Assembly: GCA_950097015.1 (NCBI GenBank)
Contig: CATNEN010000007.1
Location: 2,790,001-2,854,000 of the forward strand
DNA from: Macrostomum hystrix
Taxonomy: Eukaryota; Animalia; Platyhelminthes
Reading direction: 5' to 3'
Length of the DNA: 64,000 nucleotides
The stretch's first letter is position 1, and every line of letters begins with the position of its first letter. Both the position numbers and the translations under genes were made by a program. The notes beneath the pieces are model-generated. The model had not been told where the DNA came from and did not search any database. It saw only the letters and a program-made list of their open reading frames with translations. This document shows, one piece after another, positions 1 through 12,700 of the stretch.

Positions 1-13
1 CGCACGTTCTGTA

Positions 14-612
<599 letters not shown>

Positions 613-715
613 TTTACAGGTTTCTTTTCTGTGTTTGATTTGCCATTTTGACTACTTGGCAAATTCAGAAGTGACTACTTTCATTACTGTTTATTCTATT
701 TCCTAGTTTATATTC

Positions 716-1092
716 TGGGTTAATAATAAATGATAAAAATAAATAATTGCGGGAGGGCTGCGGGCAATGACACATCATATGGTGACACTAGACCTGCTGC
801 AACCAGCGAGGAGGCAATTCTGCCCATTCCGCTGACTCCTGAGCACACACGCACACAGATACCGTACGCAGACACACACTCACACAGGTGTGTACATCTG
901 CCCTCATGGTCAGGCAGTGTAAACTCTCACTGTGCCTTGGAGGTTCCCCCTTAAGGGCGTAAATAGCACGACAAGCTCCCAAGACATCTCTCCGCGGCTG
1001 CGCCACAATTTAATGTGGCCTCGCCGCAGAGTCGAGCTCAGGTGGACTTGGGCGCGAGAGGCAACGCATTAACCGCTCCGCCACTGACCCCC
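716..1092 (-). mobile_element. tRNA-derived SINE family A, near full-length copy
   Basis: Minus strand begins GTCAGTGGCGGAGCGGTT (A box), has a GAGCTCGACTC B-box variant and ends CAGCCCTCCCGCAATTATT plus an ATT-rich tail. Colinear with 22455-22824; parts recur at 8666-8762 and 63042-63116. Confidence 0.75.
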
Positions 1093-1211
1093 CTATATTC
1101 TTGTTTTTTTATTTCTCTTTCTGTTGTTTGGAAGTGTATTCCTATTTACTTTGGGTTTCTGTTCTTATTACCTGTCTGATCAAATTTTCACGGTTTCACT
1201 TTTGGCCGCAG

Positions 1212-2336
1212 GTGAGCCCCGTGTTTCTCAACGTCGACGTTCGCCTATTCGTTGACATTGTCCGCGGCTCGGCCGATCTCTACCTGTCGGCCTCGGATCG
1301 CACCTTCATAGTGAATAACACTGTGGACTCCAAAGGATTCTGGTCCAATCTAGTTAGCATCGACCAAGCAGCCGCCACCGCCGCAGCCGCGTCAAATCGT
1401 CGTCTTAGACGTCGCCGAGATACGGCTGTGCTGAATCGGAGTCCCGGAGTCTCCGTGTTGGAGGTGCAGGCCAGCCCCTACCTGGCCTACGTAGCCATGT
1501 CCGAGCCGAATTCCATCATCGTCATTCGCAACGCCTCCAGCCGCGTGGTCGTGAGCATTCCCTACCAGAGTCACAAGTTCTCAACTGAGAAATTCTACCT
1601 AGTAGTGCAGGGCGTCTCACCCGACGACAACGTCTCCGGCACTGTGTTTTTCCGTCAGGACCAGAATCACATCAACCTGCTAGTGTTCTTCTCTATGTTC
1701 TTCTCCTGCTTCTTCCTGCTGTTCGGCATGGTGGTGATGGCCTGGAAGGCCCGCCAGGCGCACAGTCGCCGGCTTGCCCGACAGCGTCGGGAGCGGGAGC
1801 GTCAGACCATGGCGGCCAGGCCGTTTGGTCGGGTGCGCCTTGTGGTGGCGTCATCGCCGGAGGCGGAGTCGGCGGGGCCTGGCCTGGTGAATCCGGTCTG
1901 CCTGGAGCCATTGGTGAATAGCGCCGCTGGCAAGAGTCATCACGCCTCGGCATTGTGCACTGTGCTGGTCCAGCTGCCCTATCCACAGGCTGGAGCATTC
2001 TGCCTGGGCTCAGCTCTGGTGCTGACTCGCAGCATGGGACCTTTTCTACACGGCAAACCGCCTGCGCAGCAGCAGCAGCATCAGCAGCATCAGCAGCATC
2101 ATCAGCAGCAATCTTCAATCGCTCTGCCTCGCGTGGTGATCGCCGACTCCGCATCCGCTGCCGAAGCCGCTGCCAATGCCGAAGCTCTGGCTGATGACGC
2201 CGATGCAGACGCTGATGCAGTTGTTTATGCGGAATCTTTCCCGTCAGCCATGTCGTCTGCCGCTGGCACTGCCGCCGCTGCTTCTACTAGTCGCAGAAGC
2301 GAGCCTGGCCCACTGCAAGCAACGTCCACTTGTTGA
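1212..2336 (+). CDS. MEGF8: MEGF8 (attractin family), terminal coding exon: juxtamembrane, TM and cytoplasmic tail
   Basis: Acceptor ccgcag ends 1211. FFRQDQNHINLLVFFSMFFSCFFLL..WKARQ..MAARPFGRV matches MEGF8 FFRQDQAHIDLFVFFSVFFSCFFLF..MASRPFAKV, and PVCLEP..LVQLP..GSALV matches the attractin-family tail. Upstream exons lie outside the window. Confidence 0.88.
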   Translation: MSPVFLNVDVRLFVDIVRGSADLYLSASDRTFIVNNTVDSKGFWSNLVSIDQAAATAAAASNRRLRRRRDTAVLNRSPGVSVLEVQASPYLAYVAMSEPNSIIVIRNASSRVVVSIPYQSHKFSTEKFYLVVQGVSPDDNVSGTVFFRQDQNHINLLVFFSMFFSCFFLLFGMVVMAWKARQAHSRRLARQRRERERQTMAARPFGRVRLVVASSPEAESAGPGLVNPVCLEPLVNSAAGKSHHASALCTVLVQLPYPQAGAFCLGSALVLTRSMGPFLHGKPPAQQQQHQQHQQHHQQQSSIALPRVVIADSASAAEAAANAEALADDADADADAVVYAESFPSAMSSAAGTAAAASTSRRSEPGPLQATSTC

Positions 2337-3300
2337 TCAACTCTTTCAGTGTTGGCTTTTTCGTAGCGAAATACTTTCAATGCTAATTGTTTTGTAAGAT
2401 TCTGATAGATCTTTGATCCTCGTCCTAAAATGTCAATTGTGACTACTGATTCACGGGCTGTAACGTCACTGGTTCTCACACTACTTCTTTTTCTATGGTC
2501 TTAAAGAATACACCCGAAGATATTTTTCCTATTTTAATCGCAAACTGTCTTTCAAACCTTTGGAGGTCAGCGCTTGTTGTTGTTTCTGTAGCGGCTGCTG
2601 CTGCTGTTGCTAAGGTATTGCTGCTACAGTAACTGTTTAGTGCACTGTAATTACTTACTATCTGTATACGCTTGTATAAACTGGACCAGCACTGAGGCCT
2701 GTTCAATTTGTATTCCAGTTTTTCTTTGTTCTGTATTCGAAGCAATTCTCAACAATACATCTAGTCCAAATCGTGTTTTGAAAATTGATTTTTAATGCTT
2801 TGAGTTTCTATTTGGAAACAGAAAAGTATTTTAACAAATTCCAACCATTTGTTCTGGGACGAAACGCAACTATTGGAAATCTGCAAATTTTCCTCATTTT
2901 ATAGAAGTCCAAGATTTTTATGTCATTCTCAACCTACTAGCTTCTTCTCTACTGATTTTTGGCATGTACTCGAGGCTCAATGGGTCTGCTTTTACGCCTG
3001 AAATCAATGCTTTCCATTTGTTTTGATTTTTTAAATAATTTGTTGTCGCTCAGTCAAGTGTTGAGTTGCAGTGTTGTTGAGAACTTTGAAATTGGTATGA
3101 TTTTAATTGGCTAATATGCACTTGTTTCTTCTGTAAATCTAGCTTTTTAATTTATTTTCTGTTGTTTCGCTTCTTGTTATGTCGTAAAAAATGCACGAGT
3201 CTGCAAATAATTATTAAATTTCTATTTTTCTATTTAAAACTTAAACTCCCTGCGTGTTAGCATTAAATATTTTCAATTTGCTTTTCCAAGTAAAGTAAAA

Positions 3301-6300
3301 CGGATGTCTAAACTAAACTCTTATCCCCACTCCAAGAAGGGATGTCTAAACTAAACTCTTATCCCCACTCCAAGAAGGGATATCTAAACTAAACTCTTAT
3401 CCCCACTCCAAGAAGGGATATCTAAACTAAACTCTTATCCCCACTCCAAGAAGGGATGTCTAAACTAAACTCTTATCCCCACTCCAAGAAGGGATGTCTA
3501 AACTAAACTCTTATCCCCACTCCAAGAAGGGATGTCTAAACTAAACTCTTATCCCCACTCCAAGAAGGGATGTCTAAACTAAACTCTTATCCCCACTCCA
3601 AGAAGGGATATCTAAACTAAACTCTTATCCCCACTCCAAGAAGGGATATCTAAACTAAACTCTTATCCCCACTCCAAGAAGGGATATCTAAACTAAACTC
3701 TTATCCCAACTCCACAAAAGGGTGTCTAAACTCTTATCCCCACTCCAAGAAGGGATATCTAAACTAAACTCTTATCCCAACTCCACAAAAGGGTGTCTAA
3801 ACTCTTATCCCCACTCCAAGAAGGGATATCTAAACTAAACTCTTATCCCAACTCTACAAAAGGGTGTCTAAACTCTTATCCCAACTCCAAGAAGGGATAT
3901 CTAAACTAAACTCTTATCCCTACTCCACAAAAGGGTGTCTAAACTCTTATCCCTACTCCACGAGAGGGATATCTAAACTCTTATCCCAACTCCAAGAAGG
4001 GATATCTAAACTAAACTCTTATCCCTACTTCAAGAAAGGGATATCTAAACTAAACTCTTATCCCAACTCCACAAAAGGGTGTCTAAACTCTTATCCCCAC
4101 TCCAAGAAGGGATATCTAAACTAAACTCTTATCCCAACTTCACAAAAGGGTGTCTAAACTCTTATCCCCACTCCAAGAAGGGATATCTAAACTAAACTCT
4201 TATCCCAACTCCACAAAAGGGTGTCTAAACTCTTATCCCCACTCCAAGAAGGGATATCTAAACTAAACTCTTATCCCAACTCCAAGAAGGGATATCTAAA
4301 CTAAACTCTTATCCCTACTCCACAAAAGGGTGTCTAAACTCTTATCCCCACTCCAAGAAGGGATGTCTAAACTAAACTCTTATCCCCACTCCAAGAAGGG
4401 ATGTCTAAACTAAACTCTTATCCCCACTCCAAGAAGGGATATCTAAACTAAACTCTTATCCCCACTCCAAGAAGGGATGTCTAAACTAAACTCTTATCCC
4501 CACTCCAAGAAGGGATGTCTAAACTAAACTCTTATCCCCACTCCAAGAAGGGATATCTAAACTAAACTCTTATCCCCACTCCAAGAAGGGATATCTAAAC
4601 TAAACTCTTATCCCCACTCCAAGAAGGGATATCTAAACTAAACTCTTATCCCAACTCCACAAAAGGGTGTCTAAACTCTTATCCCCACTCCAAGAAGGGA
4701 TATCTAAACTAAACTCTTATCCCAACTCCACAAAAGGGTGTCTAAACTCTTATCCCCACTCCAAGAAGGGATATCTAAACTAAACTCTTATCCCAACTCT
4801 ACAAAAGGGTGTCTAAACTCTTATCCCAACTCCACGAGAGGGATATCTAAACTCTTATCCCAACTCCAAGAAGGGATATCTAAACTAAACTCTTATCCCT
4901 ACTTCAAGAAAGGGATATCTAAACTAAACTCTTATCCCAACTCCACAAAAGGGTGTCTAAACTCTTATCCCCACTCCAAGAAGGGATATCTAAACTAAAC
5001 TCTTATCCCAACTTCACAAAAGGGTGTCTTAACTCTTCTCCCCACTCCAAGAAGGGATATCTAAACTAAACTCTTATCCCAACTTCACAAAAGGGTGTCT
5101 AAACTCTTATCCCCACTCCAAGAAGGGATATCTAAACTAAACTCTTATCCCAACTCCACAAAAGGGTGTCTAAACTCTTATCCCCACTCCAAGAAGGGAT
5201 ATCTAAACTAAACTCTTATCCCAACTCCAAGAAGGGATATCTAAACTAAACTCTTATCCCTACTCCACAAAAGGGTGTCTAAACTCTTATCCCCACTCCA
5301 AGAAGGGATATCTAAACTAAACTCTTATCCCCACTCCAAGAAGGGATATCTAAACTAAACTCTTATCCCAACTCCACAAAAGGGTGTCTAAACTCTTATC
5401 CCCACTCCAAGAAGGGATATCTAAACTAAACTCTTATCCCAACTCCAAGAAGGGATATCTAAACTAAACTCTTATCCCTACTCCACAAAAGGGTGTCTAA
5501 ACTCTTATCCCCACTCCAAGAAGGGATATCTAAACTAAACTCTTATCCCCACTCCAAGAAGGGATATCTAAACTAAACTCTTATCCCAACTCCACAAAAG
5601 GGTGTCTAAACTCTTATCCCCACTCCAAGAAGGGATATCTAAACTAAACTCTTATCCCTACTCCAAGCAAAGGATATCTAAACTAAACTCTTATCCCTAC
5701 TCCAAGCAAAGGATATCTAAACTAAACTCTTATCCCTACTCCAAGCAAAGGATATCTAAACTAAACTCTTATCCCTACTCCAAGCAAAGGATATCTAATC
5801 TAAACTCTTATCCCAACTCCACAAAAGGGTGTCTTAACTCTTATCCCCACTCCAAGAAGGGATATCTAAACTAAACTCTTATCCCCACTCCAAGAAGGGA
5901 TATCTAAACTAAACTCTTATCCCTACTCCAAGCAAAGGATATCTAAACTAAACTCTTATCCCTACTCCACAAAAGGGTGTCTAAACTCTTATCCCCACTC
6001 CAAGAAGGGATATCTAAACTAAACTCTTATCCCCACTCCAAGAAGGGATATCTAAACTAAACTCTTATCCCTACTCCACAAAAGGGTGTCTAAACTCTTA
6101 TCCCCACTCCAAGAAGGGATATCTAAACTAAACTCTTATCCCCACTCCAAGAAGGGATATCTAAACTAAACTCTTATCCCTACTCCAAGCAAAGGATATC
6201 TAAACTAAACTCTTATCCCTACTCCAAGCAAAGGATATCTAAACTAAACTCTTATCCCTACTCCACGAGAGGGATGTCTAAACTCTTATCCCTACTCCAA

Positions 6301-6650
6301 GAAAGGATATCTAAACTAAACTCTTATCCCAACTCCACGAGAGGGATGTCTAAACTCTTATCCCTACTCCAAGAAAGGATATCTAAACTAAACTCTTATC
6401 CCTACTCCACGAGAGGGATGTCTAAACTCTTATCCCTACTCAAGGAAAGGATATCTAAACTAAACTCTTATCCCAACTCCACGAGAGGGATGTCTAAACT
6501 CTTATCCCAACTCCACGAGAGGGATATCTAAACTCTTATCCCTACTCAAAGAAAATAGTGTCTAAACTCTTATCCCTACTTCAAGAAAGGGAACTCTAAA
6601 CTCCTATCCCTACTCCGAGAAAGGGAACTCTAAACTCCTATCCCTACTCA
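3301..6650. repeat. 3.3-kb minisatellite of interleaved 39-bp and 34-bp units
   Basis: Units GGATATCTAAACTAAACTCTTATCCCCACTCCAAGAAG-like and AAAAGGGTGTCTAAACTCTTATCCCCACTCCAAG-like, between MEGF8 and WRAP73. Confidence 0.97.
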
Positions 6651-6780
6651 TAGAACATGCTCATTAGCAACATTAAATACCTCACAATTTGCAGTCCATT
6701 GATCAGCCAGTTGAGCACATACGAATGCCGGCAATGATCTGAACTTGGCACTACTAGCTCTACTCCCAGACTGCTGAGCA

Positions 6781-9700
6781 ATGAACTTCTCCGAGCTTAT
6801 ACCCTACTCGGGCGGCAGTCGGCTGGCCAGTTTCTCGCCGAGCGGTTTCTACCTGGCCGAGGCCGCCCAATTCCGCGCCAACGTGCGCGACAGCAAATCG
6901 CTGGAGCTGTTGCAGTCGTTCGCCTGCGCCGATCAGATCACGGACCTGGCCTGGTCCCCTGACAGCCTGTTCCTCATGTGCGTCATGAGGAAGCGCGCAC
7001 TTGTACAGGTAAGTTGGTTAGTTCTCAGTTGGTTAGGGAAATTCTCATTAACAGTAGAAAAAGCACAGTGGTATTTCAAATACCCACTGCCTACGTCACG
7101 ACAGCTCCCAAACTGAATGACCGATTTTCGTAAAAGTCCACAAAATTTTCGGCCCTTTACAATGCAATAGCTTTCAAAGCTTCAAATATTTCAAAGAAAT
7201 ATATGGGTATTTCAAATCCCCGTGGTCTTTGTACTGTTAGCAAAAGTCCATCTCGACGCCAGGGAAATTCCATGCAAAAGTACTTTTTTTGTGTTAGGGA
7301 AAACCAATTACACAAAAGTACATATTTAACTTACGGCGTCGGTGAAATTTTTTTGCGGGAATATTTACATCTAGAAATTCGTAAAGAAAAATACATAAAT
7401 TTGATGAATACGAAATTTCAAAATGATTTCAACTGTTCAGAGCTTGATTTTGCCCACCTCATTACCTCGTAATCCCATTGGGTGCCCAGGTGTGGTCTCT
7501 GGAGCATCCCGACTGGGCCTGCAAAATTGACGAGGGCGTGGCCGGCCTCGTGGCCGCCTGCTGGTCACCGGACAGTCGGCGCGTGCTGACCACGGCTGAC
7601 TTTCACCTGCGCATCACAGTCTGGTCTTTGTCCGACAAGACCGTGGCCTATCTCAAGCACCCGAAGGCTTGTGCCAGGAACATCGCTTTCAGGTCTGGCG
7701 TTACACAGATCCATCATAACACATGTTACACAGATCCATCATAACACATGTTACACAGATCCATCATAACACATGTTACACAGATCCATCATAACACATG
7801 TTACACAGATCCATCATAACACATGTTACACAGATCCATCATAACACATGTTACACAGATCCATCATAACACATGTTACACAGATCAATCATAACACATG
7901 TTACACAGATCCATCATAACACATGTTACACAGATCCATCATAACACATGTTACACAGATCCATCATAACACATGTTACACAGATCCATCATAACACATG
8001 TTACACAGATCCATCATAACACATGTTACACAGATCAATCATAACACATGTTACACAGATCAATCATAACACATGTTACACAGATCCATCATAACACATG
8101 TTACACAGATCCATCATAACACATGTTACACAGATCCATCATAGCACATGTTACACAGATCCATCATAACACATGTTACACAGATCAATCATAACACATG
8201 TTACACAGATCCATCATAACACATGTTACACAGATCAATCATAACACATGTTACACAGATCCATCATAACACATGTTACACAGATCCATCATAACACATG
8301 TTACACAGATCCATCATAACACATGTTACACAGATCCATCATAACACATGTTACAGTTATTTCGCGATTCGCATTTCCAGCTCCGATGGCTGTCTCATGG
8401 CTTTGGCTGAGCGTCGCGGCCTCAAAGACTGCGTATCCGTGTTTGACTGCGGCGGCAGCAGCGGCGACTCCGGCTGGCAGCTGATAGCTCATTTTGACGC
8501 CGGCACAGAAGATCTGGACGGCCTGGCCTGGTCGCCGGATGCCACAGCGCTGGCCTGCTGGGACGGCTGTCTGCGGAGTCGAGTTACCATCTTCTCGCCT
8601 ACAGGTTATTAGATTACCGATGCTTATTCACTGGATTGTGACTTCAGGAGGTTGGGAGTTAGAATCTCAGCCTGTGTTAGCGTGTGCCTGCGTACAGTAT
8701 ATGTGTGCTCAGGAATCAGCGAAATGGGCAGAACTGCCTCCTCGCTTGTTGCTGGTCTACGAAACCGAAATGCCACCAAAATGGCGGTCCGAAGACGCAG
8801 CGAGGAGGCGGAAGTCGCTCATCGCTAAAGACCCACTAAGGCTAAGGCGCGGAGCCCGCGTCACTGTCCTGAAAATTACTCGTTTTGTTAAGCTCATTTG
8901 AAGGTCACTTGCAATTCTTCTTCTTCTTCTTCTTCGGGCGTGCGCGGGCCAGGGCCCATGGCACCGGGAATCAGATGATGCCCGCCTTCCCAAGCAGGGC
9001 CAGCACGGAAGCACAGCATTCAAAGACCGCAGCGGGCTCCGGGCAGGGGCCCCAGAGGCGGCAGCGGTGGGCGGTCAGGGCGGGGCAGGCGAGGAGCACG
9101 TGGGCCGCCGTCTCGTCGCCCTCGCCACAGAGTCGACAGGTGGGGGCCACCGGGGCGCCAATCGTGGCCTGGAAGCCCCGGAGGGCATGGCAGCGGTCGG
9201 CGCGCAGCTGGCAGATCAGCCGCTCGTGCCGCCGCGAGAGGTCAGTCGGCGGAGGAGGCGGCAGGTGGCCCGAGGTGCAGGCGGCGTGCCAGGGCAGCGA
9301 GCTCGTGCCCGCAGCGTCGGCGGCCGCCGCGCGGTACAGCTGGTGCCAGCGGGCAAGGCAGTGGCGGCGAATGGCGGCCTGGGCCGCAGCCAGCGGGATG
9401 TGGGCCTCAGCCTGCGGCAGCGCGGAGCCGCGCTTGGCAATGGCATCGACCGCCTCGTTGCCAGGGATGCCCGCGTGGCCCGGGACCCACTGCAGGTGGA
9501 CAGCGACGCCTCCGGCTGCGAGGTGGGAGAGGCTGGCCCAGATGGCATCGGCAGTGGTGACGCCCGTCGAGCCGGGGCCGGACTCGAGCGCAGCCAGCGC
9601 ACTCAGGGAGTCCGAGCACACGTGGACCGGCGACAGCTCGGCCGGGTCCGGTGCCGCCAACACCCACTGGAGGGCCTCGGCGATGGCCACCAGCTCAGCG

Positions 9701-12700
9701 TGGAAGCTGGACGTCACGTGACCGGCTGGGACGCACAGTGCCGTGTCGGGCTCGACCAGGGCGCCGCTGCCGCCGGCCGAGACGCCATCCTTTGCCGCTC
9801 CGTCGGTCCAGATGGCCGTGCGGGCGGGCGGCAGGCCTGCCAGCGTTAGCTCAGCCGCCGCTCTCCGTGCCTCAGGCGGGTCGCACCGGGAGGAGGGGGC
9901 GGACAGCTGCAGACCAAAGGTGACGGTGTCCAGGTTGGCCCAGGGAGGCGTCGCGGGGACAGCGCAAACGGGCTCGCGCGGGTAGCCGCTCAGGCCCGCG
10001 TCGGTGCTGACTCTGGTCGCCGTTTCCCGCCAGCCTCGGGCGCTCTGGAGGCGGCGGCGTGGGCCCTCGGCGGCCGCGCAGGCGAGCAGCGGGTTGTCGG
10101 GCGGGAGCCTGAGGGCGCGCTCGAGGAGAAGGCCGGCGTGCATCTCGGCGCGGACCGCCATCGGGGGCAGGCCGGCCTCTCGTTCTAGCACCTCCGACCT
10201 GGTGTTCCGAGGGCACCCGGTGATGACGCGCGCGCACAGGCGCTGGGCTCGGTCCAGCTGCTCAATGGCCGTCTTGCAGGCCGACGGCATCCAGGCGCCG
10301 GCCGCGTACTCCAGCACCGGCCGCACGTAGGCAGTGTAGAGCCGGCGCACGTCGGTCTGCTTGGCGCCCCAGCTGCTACCGGAGAGCGCGGCCAGGACGC
10401 CGCACCGGGCGCGGGCGCGGCCTGCGACGTTGGCGGCGTGCGCGGTGAAGCTCAGCAGGCGGTCCAGGATGACGCCGAGAAACCGGGGCTGGCGGTCCGT
10501 CGCGAGGGGGGCGTCGTTCAGCTGCAGCCGCAGCTCCCGGCTGGCCTCACCTGCGGTGGTGGAAAACAGGGATGCGGCGCACTTCTCCGGCGCCAGCTGC
10601 AGCCGCCACTTGTTTGCCCACTCGGCCGTCGCATCGATGGCCCGCTGCGCTTTCGCCTCGGCCTCCTCCACAGTCAGGCCTTGCACTGCAATGGCCAGGT
10701 CGTCCGCGTAGAGGAGCGGCGTGCAGTCGGGCGGCAGCTGGTCCGGCAGGTCGTTAATGAAAAGCGCGAAGAGCAGCGGGGCAAGAACGCTCCCCTGTGG
10801 TAAGCCCTCGCGGAAGAGCCGCCAGCTGCTCGTCGCGCCGTCGACCCTGACGGCGGCCCTTCGGTCGGCCAGGAAGCTGCTGAGCCAGCGGACCCCGGCA
10901 GCCGGGATGCCCGCGGCGTGGAGCTTGTGCAGCAGGCCCTGCTTCCAGACGGTGTCGTACGCCCTGCGGAAGTCGAACAGAACGACGACAGTCCGCCGGG
11001 CAGGGCTGGCCTGGTGACCATCACTGATGAGCTGGGTGAGCCTGGCGATCTGGTCCTCGGTGCAGCGCCGCTTGCGGAAGCCGGCCTGAGCCGGGTGCAG
11101 CAGCTGCCGGGACTCGGCCCACCAGTAGAGCCGCGCTTGGACCAGGCGCTCGGCCAGCTTGGCCATGGCGGAGGTCAGGGCGATCGGCCGGTAGGAGCCA
11201 ATCACGTCGGCCGGCTTGCCCTTCTTCAGGATCGGCACGACGTGGGCGCGTCGCCACGCAGACGGGACCTCCCCCTTTGCCCAGGACTGGTTGATCACGT
11301 GCAGAGCCGCCCGGCGACCGGCGGGGCCGAGGTGCTGCAGGTGCTCGGCACAGATGCCGTCTGGTCCTGGGGCTTTCCTGGCCGGGAGGGAGCGAAGGAC
11401 TCTGTCCAGCTCGCGAGATGAGAATTGCTTGCTAAAGTCTCCTGCCTCCGGGCTGTCAGCTTGTGCGGCGGCGCGGCTGCGGTGGTTCTCGCGGCAGAGG
11501 ATGCGCGTCCTGCGGTCTTGCGGAAGGCGGCTCACGGCGGCGTACTCCTTGGCGTAAGCCTCGGCGATGTCCTTTGGTCGGACGTATAGCTTCTGGCCCA
11601 CACGGAGCGCTGCATCCCGCTGCAGGTTGTTGCTTCTGCCGTCAAGGGAGCGAACGACTCTCCAGATCTTGGAGTGGTCTGTGTCCGCTGCCACCTCGCC
11701 GGCGAAGGCCCTCCAGCTGTCGCGCTTGGCGTCGGCGATGATCTTCTTGGCGTCTGCGCTGGCCTTGTTCCAGGCCGGCCGCTCGTTCGGATCGGCAGCG
11801 GCGGCGGCCCGCGCGGCCCGACGGCTCTTCACGGCGTCCTCGACCTCCGGGGTCCACCAGGCCTTCGGGGACGGCCGGGCCCCTCGCGGGATGAACGCCT
11901 TGTCGGCCGTCATGATGGCCTCGGTCAGCAGCCGGTTGGCTTCGGTGGCCGTCGCGGGCGGCAGGGCGTCCCAGCCAGCCAGGGCCTCCTCGGTCTGCGC
12001 GCGGAAGCCGGCCCAGTCCGCTTTGGCCCAGGCCCGCCGGGCGGCGCCCGCTCTCTTGGCTGCGCCTCGGCTGCCATGAATGATGACGCTGATCGGCAGG
12101 TGGTCCGATCCGACGTCCCTCCGCACCTGCCACTCAGCCCGGCTGGCGAGCGACTTGTGGCACAGGCTGACGTCGGGCGCCGTCTGCCGAGCATCGGCGC
12201 GTCGCGGCATGTGGGTGTGGCTGCCGTCATTCAGGATGCGCATGCCGGAAATAACGGACCATTCAAAGGCGGCCGTGCCCAGGTCCGTCTCTTCCGATTC
12301 GGGGTCCCAGGCCGGGTGGTGCGCGTTGAGGTCCCCCAGGATCACCGTGCTGGCACCTGACGGGAGCCACTGGGGGTTGAAACGCTGCACGCGGTCGTCG
12401 CCTTCGGCGTTTCTGATGGGCGGCACGTACAGGCAGTGAATGTCCAGGCTCTCGACCGTCTTCTCAGATGGGAAAACCCGGATGCCGGCCCACTCGGTGG
12501 AGACGTCCTCGGGGGCGCAGGGCCGCTCATGCAGCACCTCGTAGCGCAGCCCCTCGCGGATAAGGATCGCGACCCCTCCGCCGCGGGTGGGGCCACCTGA
12601 GCGCCGGCCGCTCTGTCTGTGGCGCCAGACTGCATTGAAGCCCGGCAGACGTGGTTCCCTTCCTTCGGCGGTGTGGGTCTCTTGAAGACAGGCCACGTCA

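Noticed and set aside
8736-8830. Second GCCTCCTCGCT motif on the minus strand (8799-8809) forming an 11-bp inverted repeat, plus YY1/ETS-like motifs
   Set aside because: It could not be folded into an HDV-like pseudoknot, and the promoter motifs are too short to support a call.
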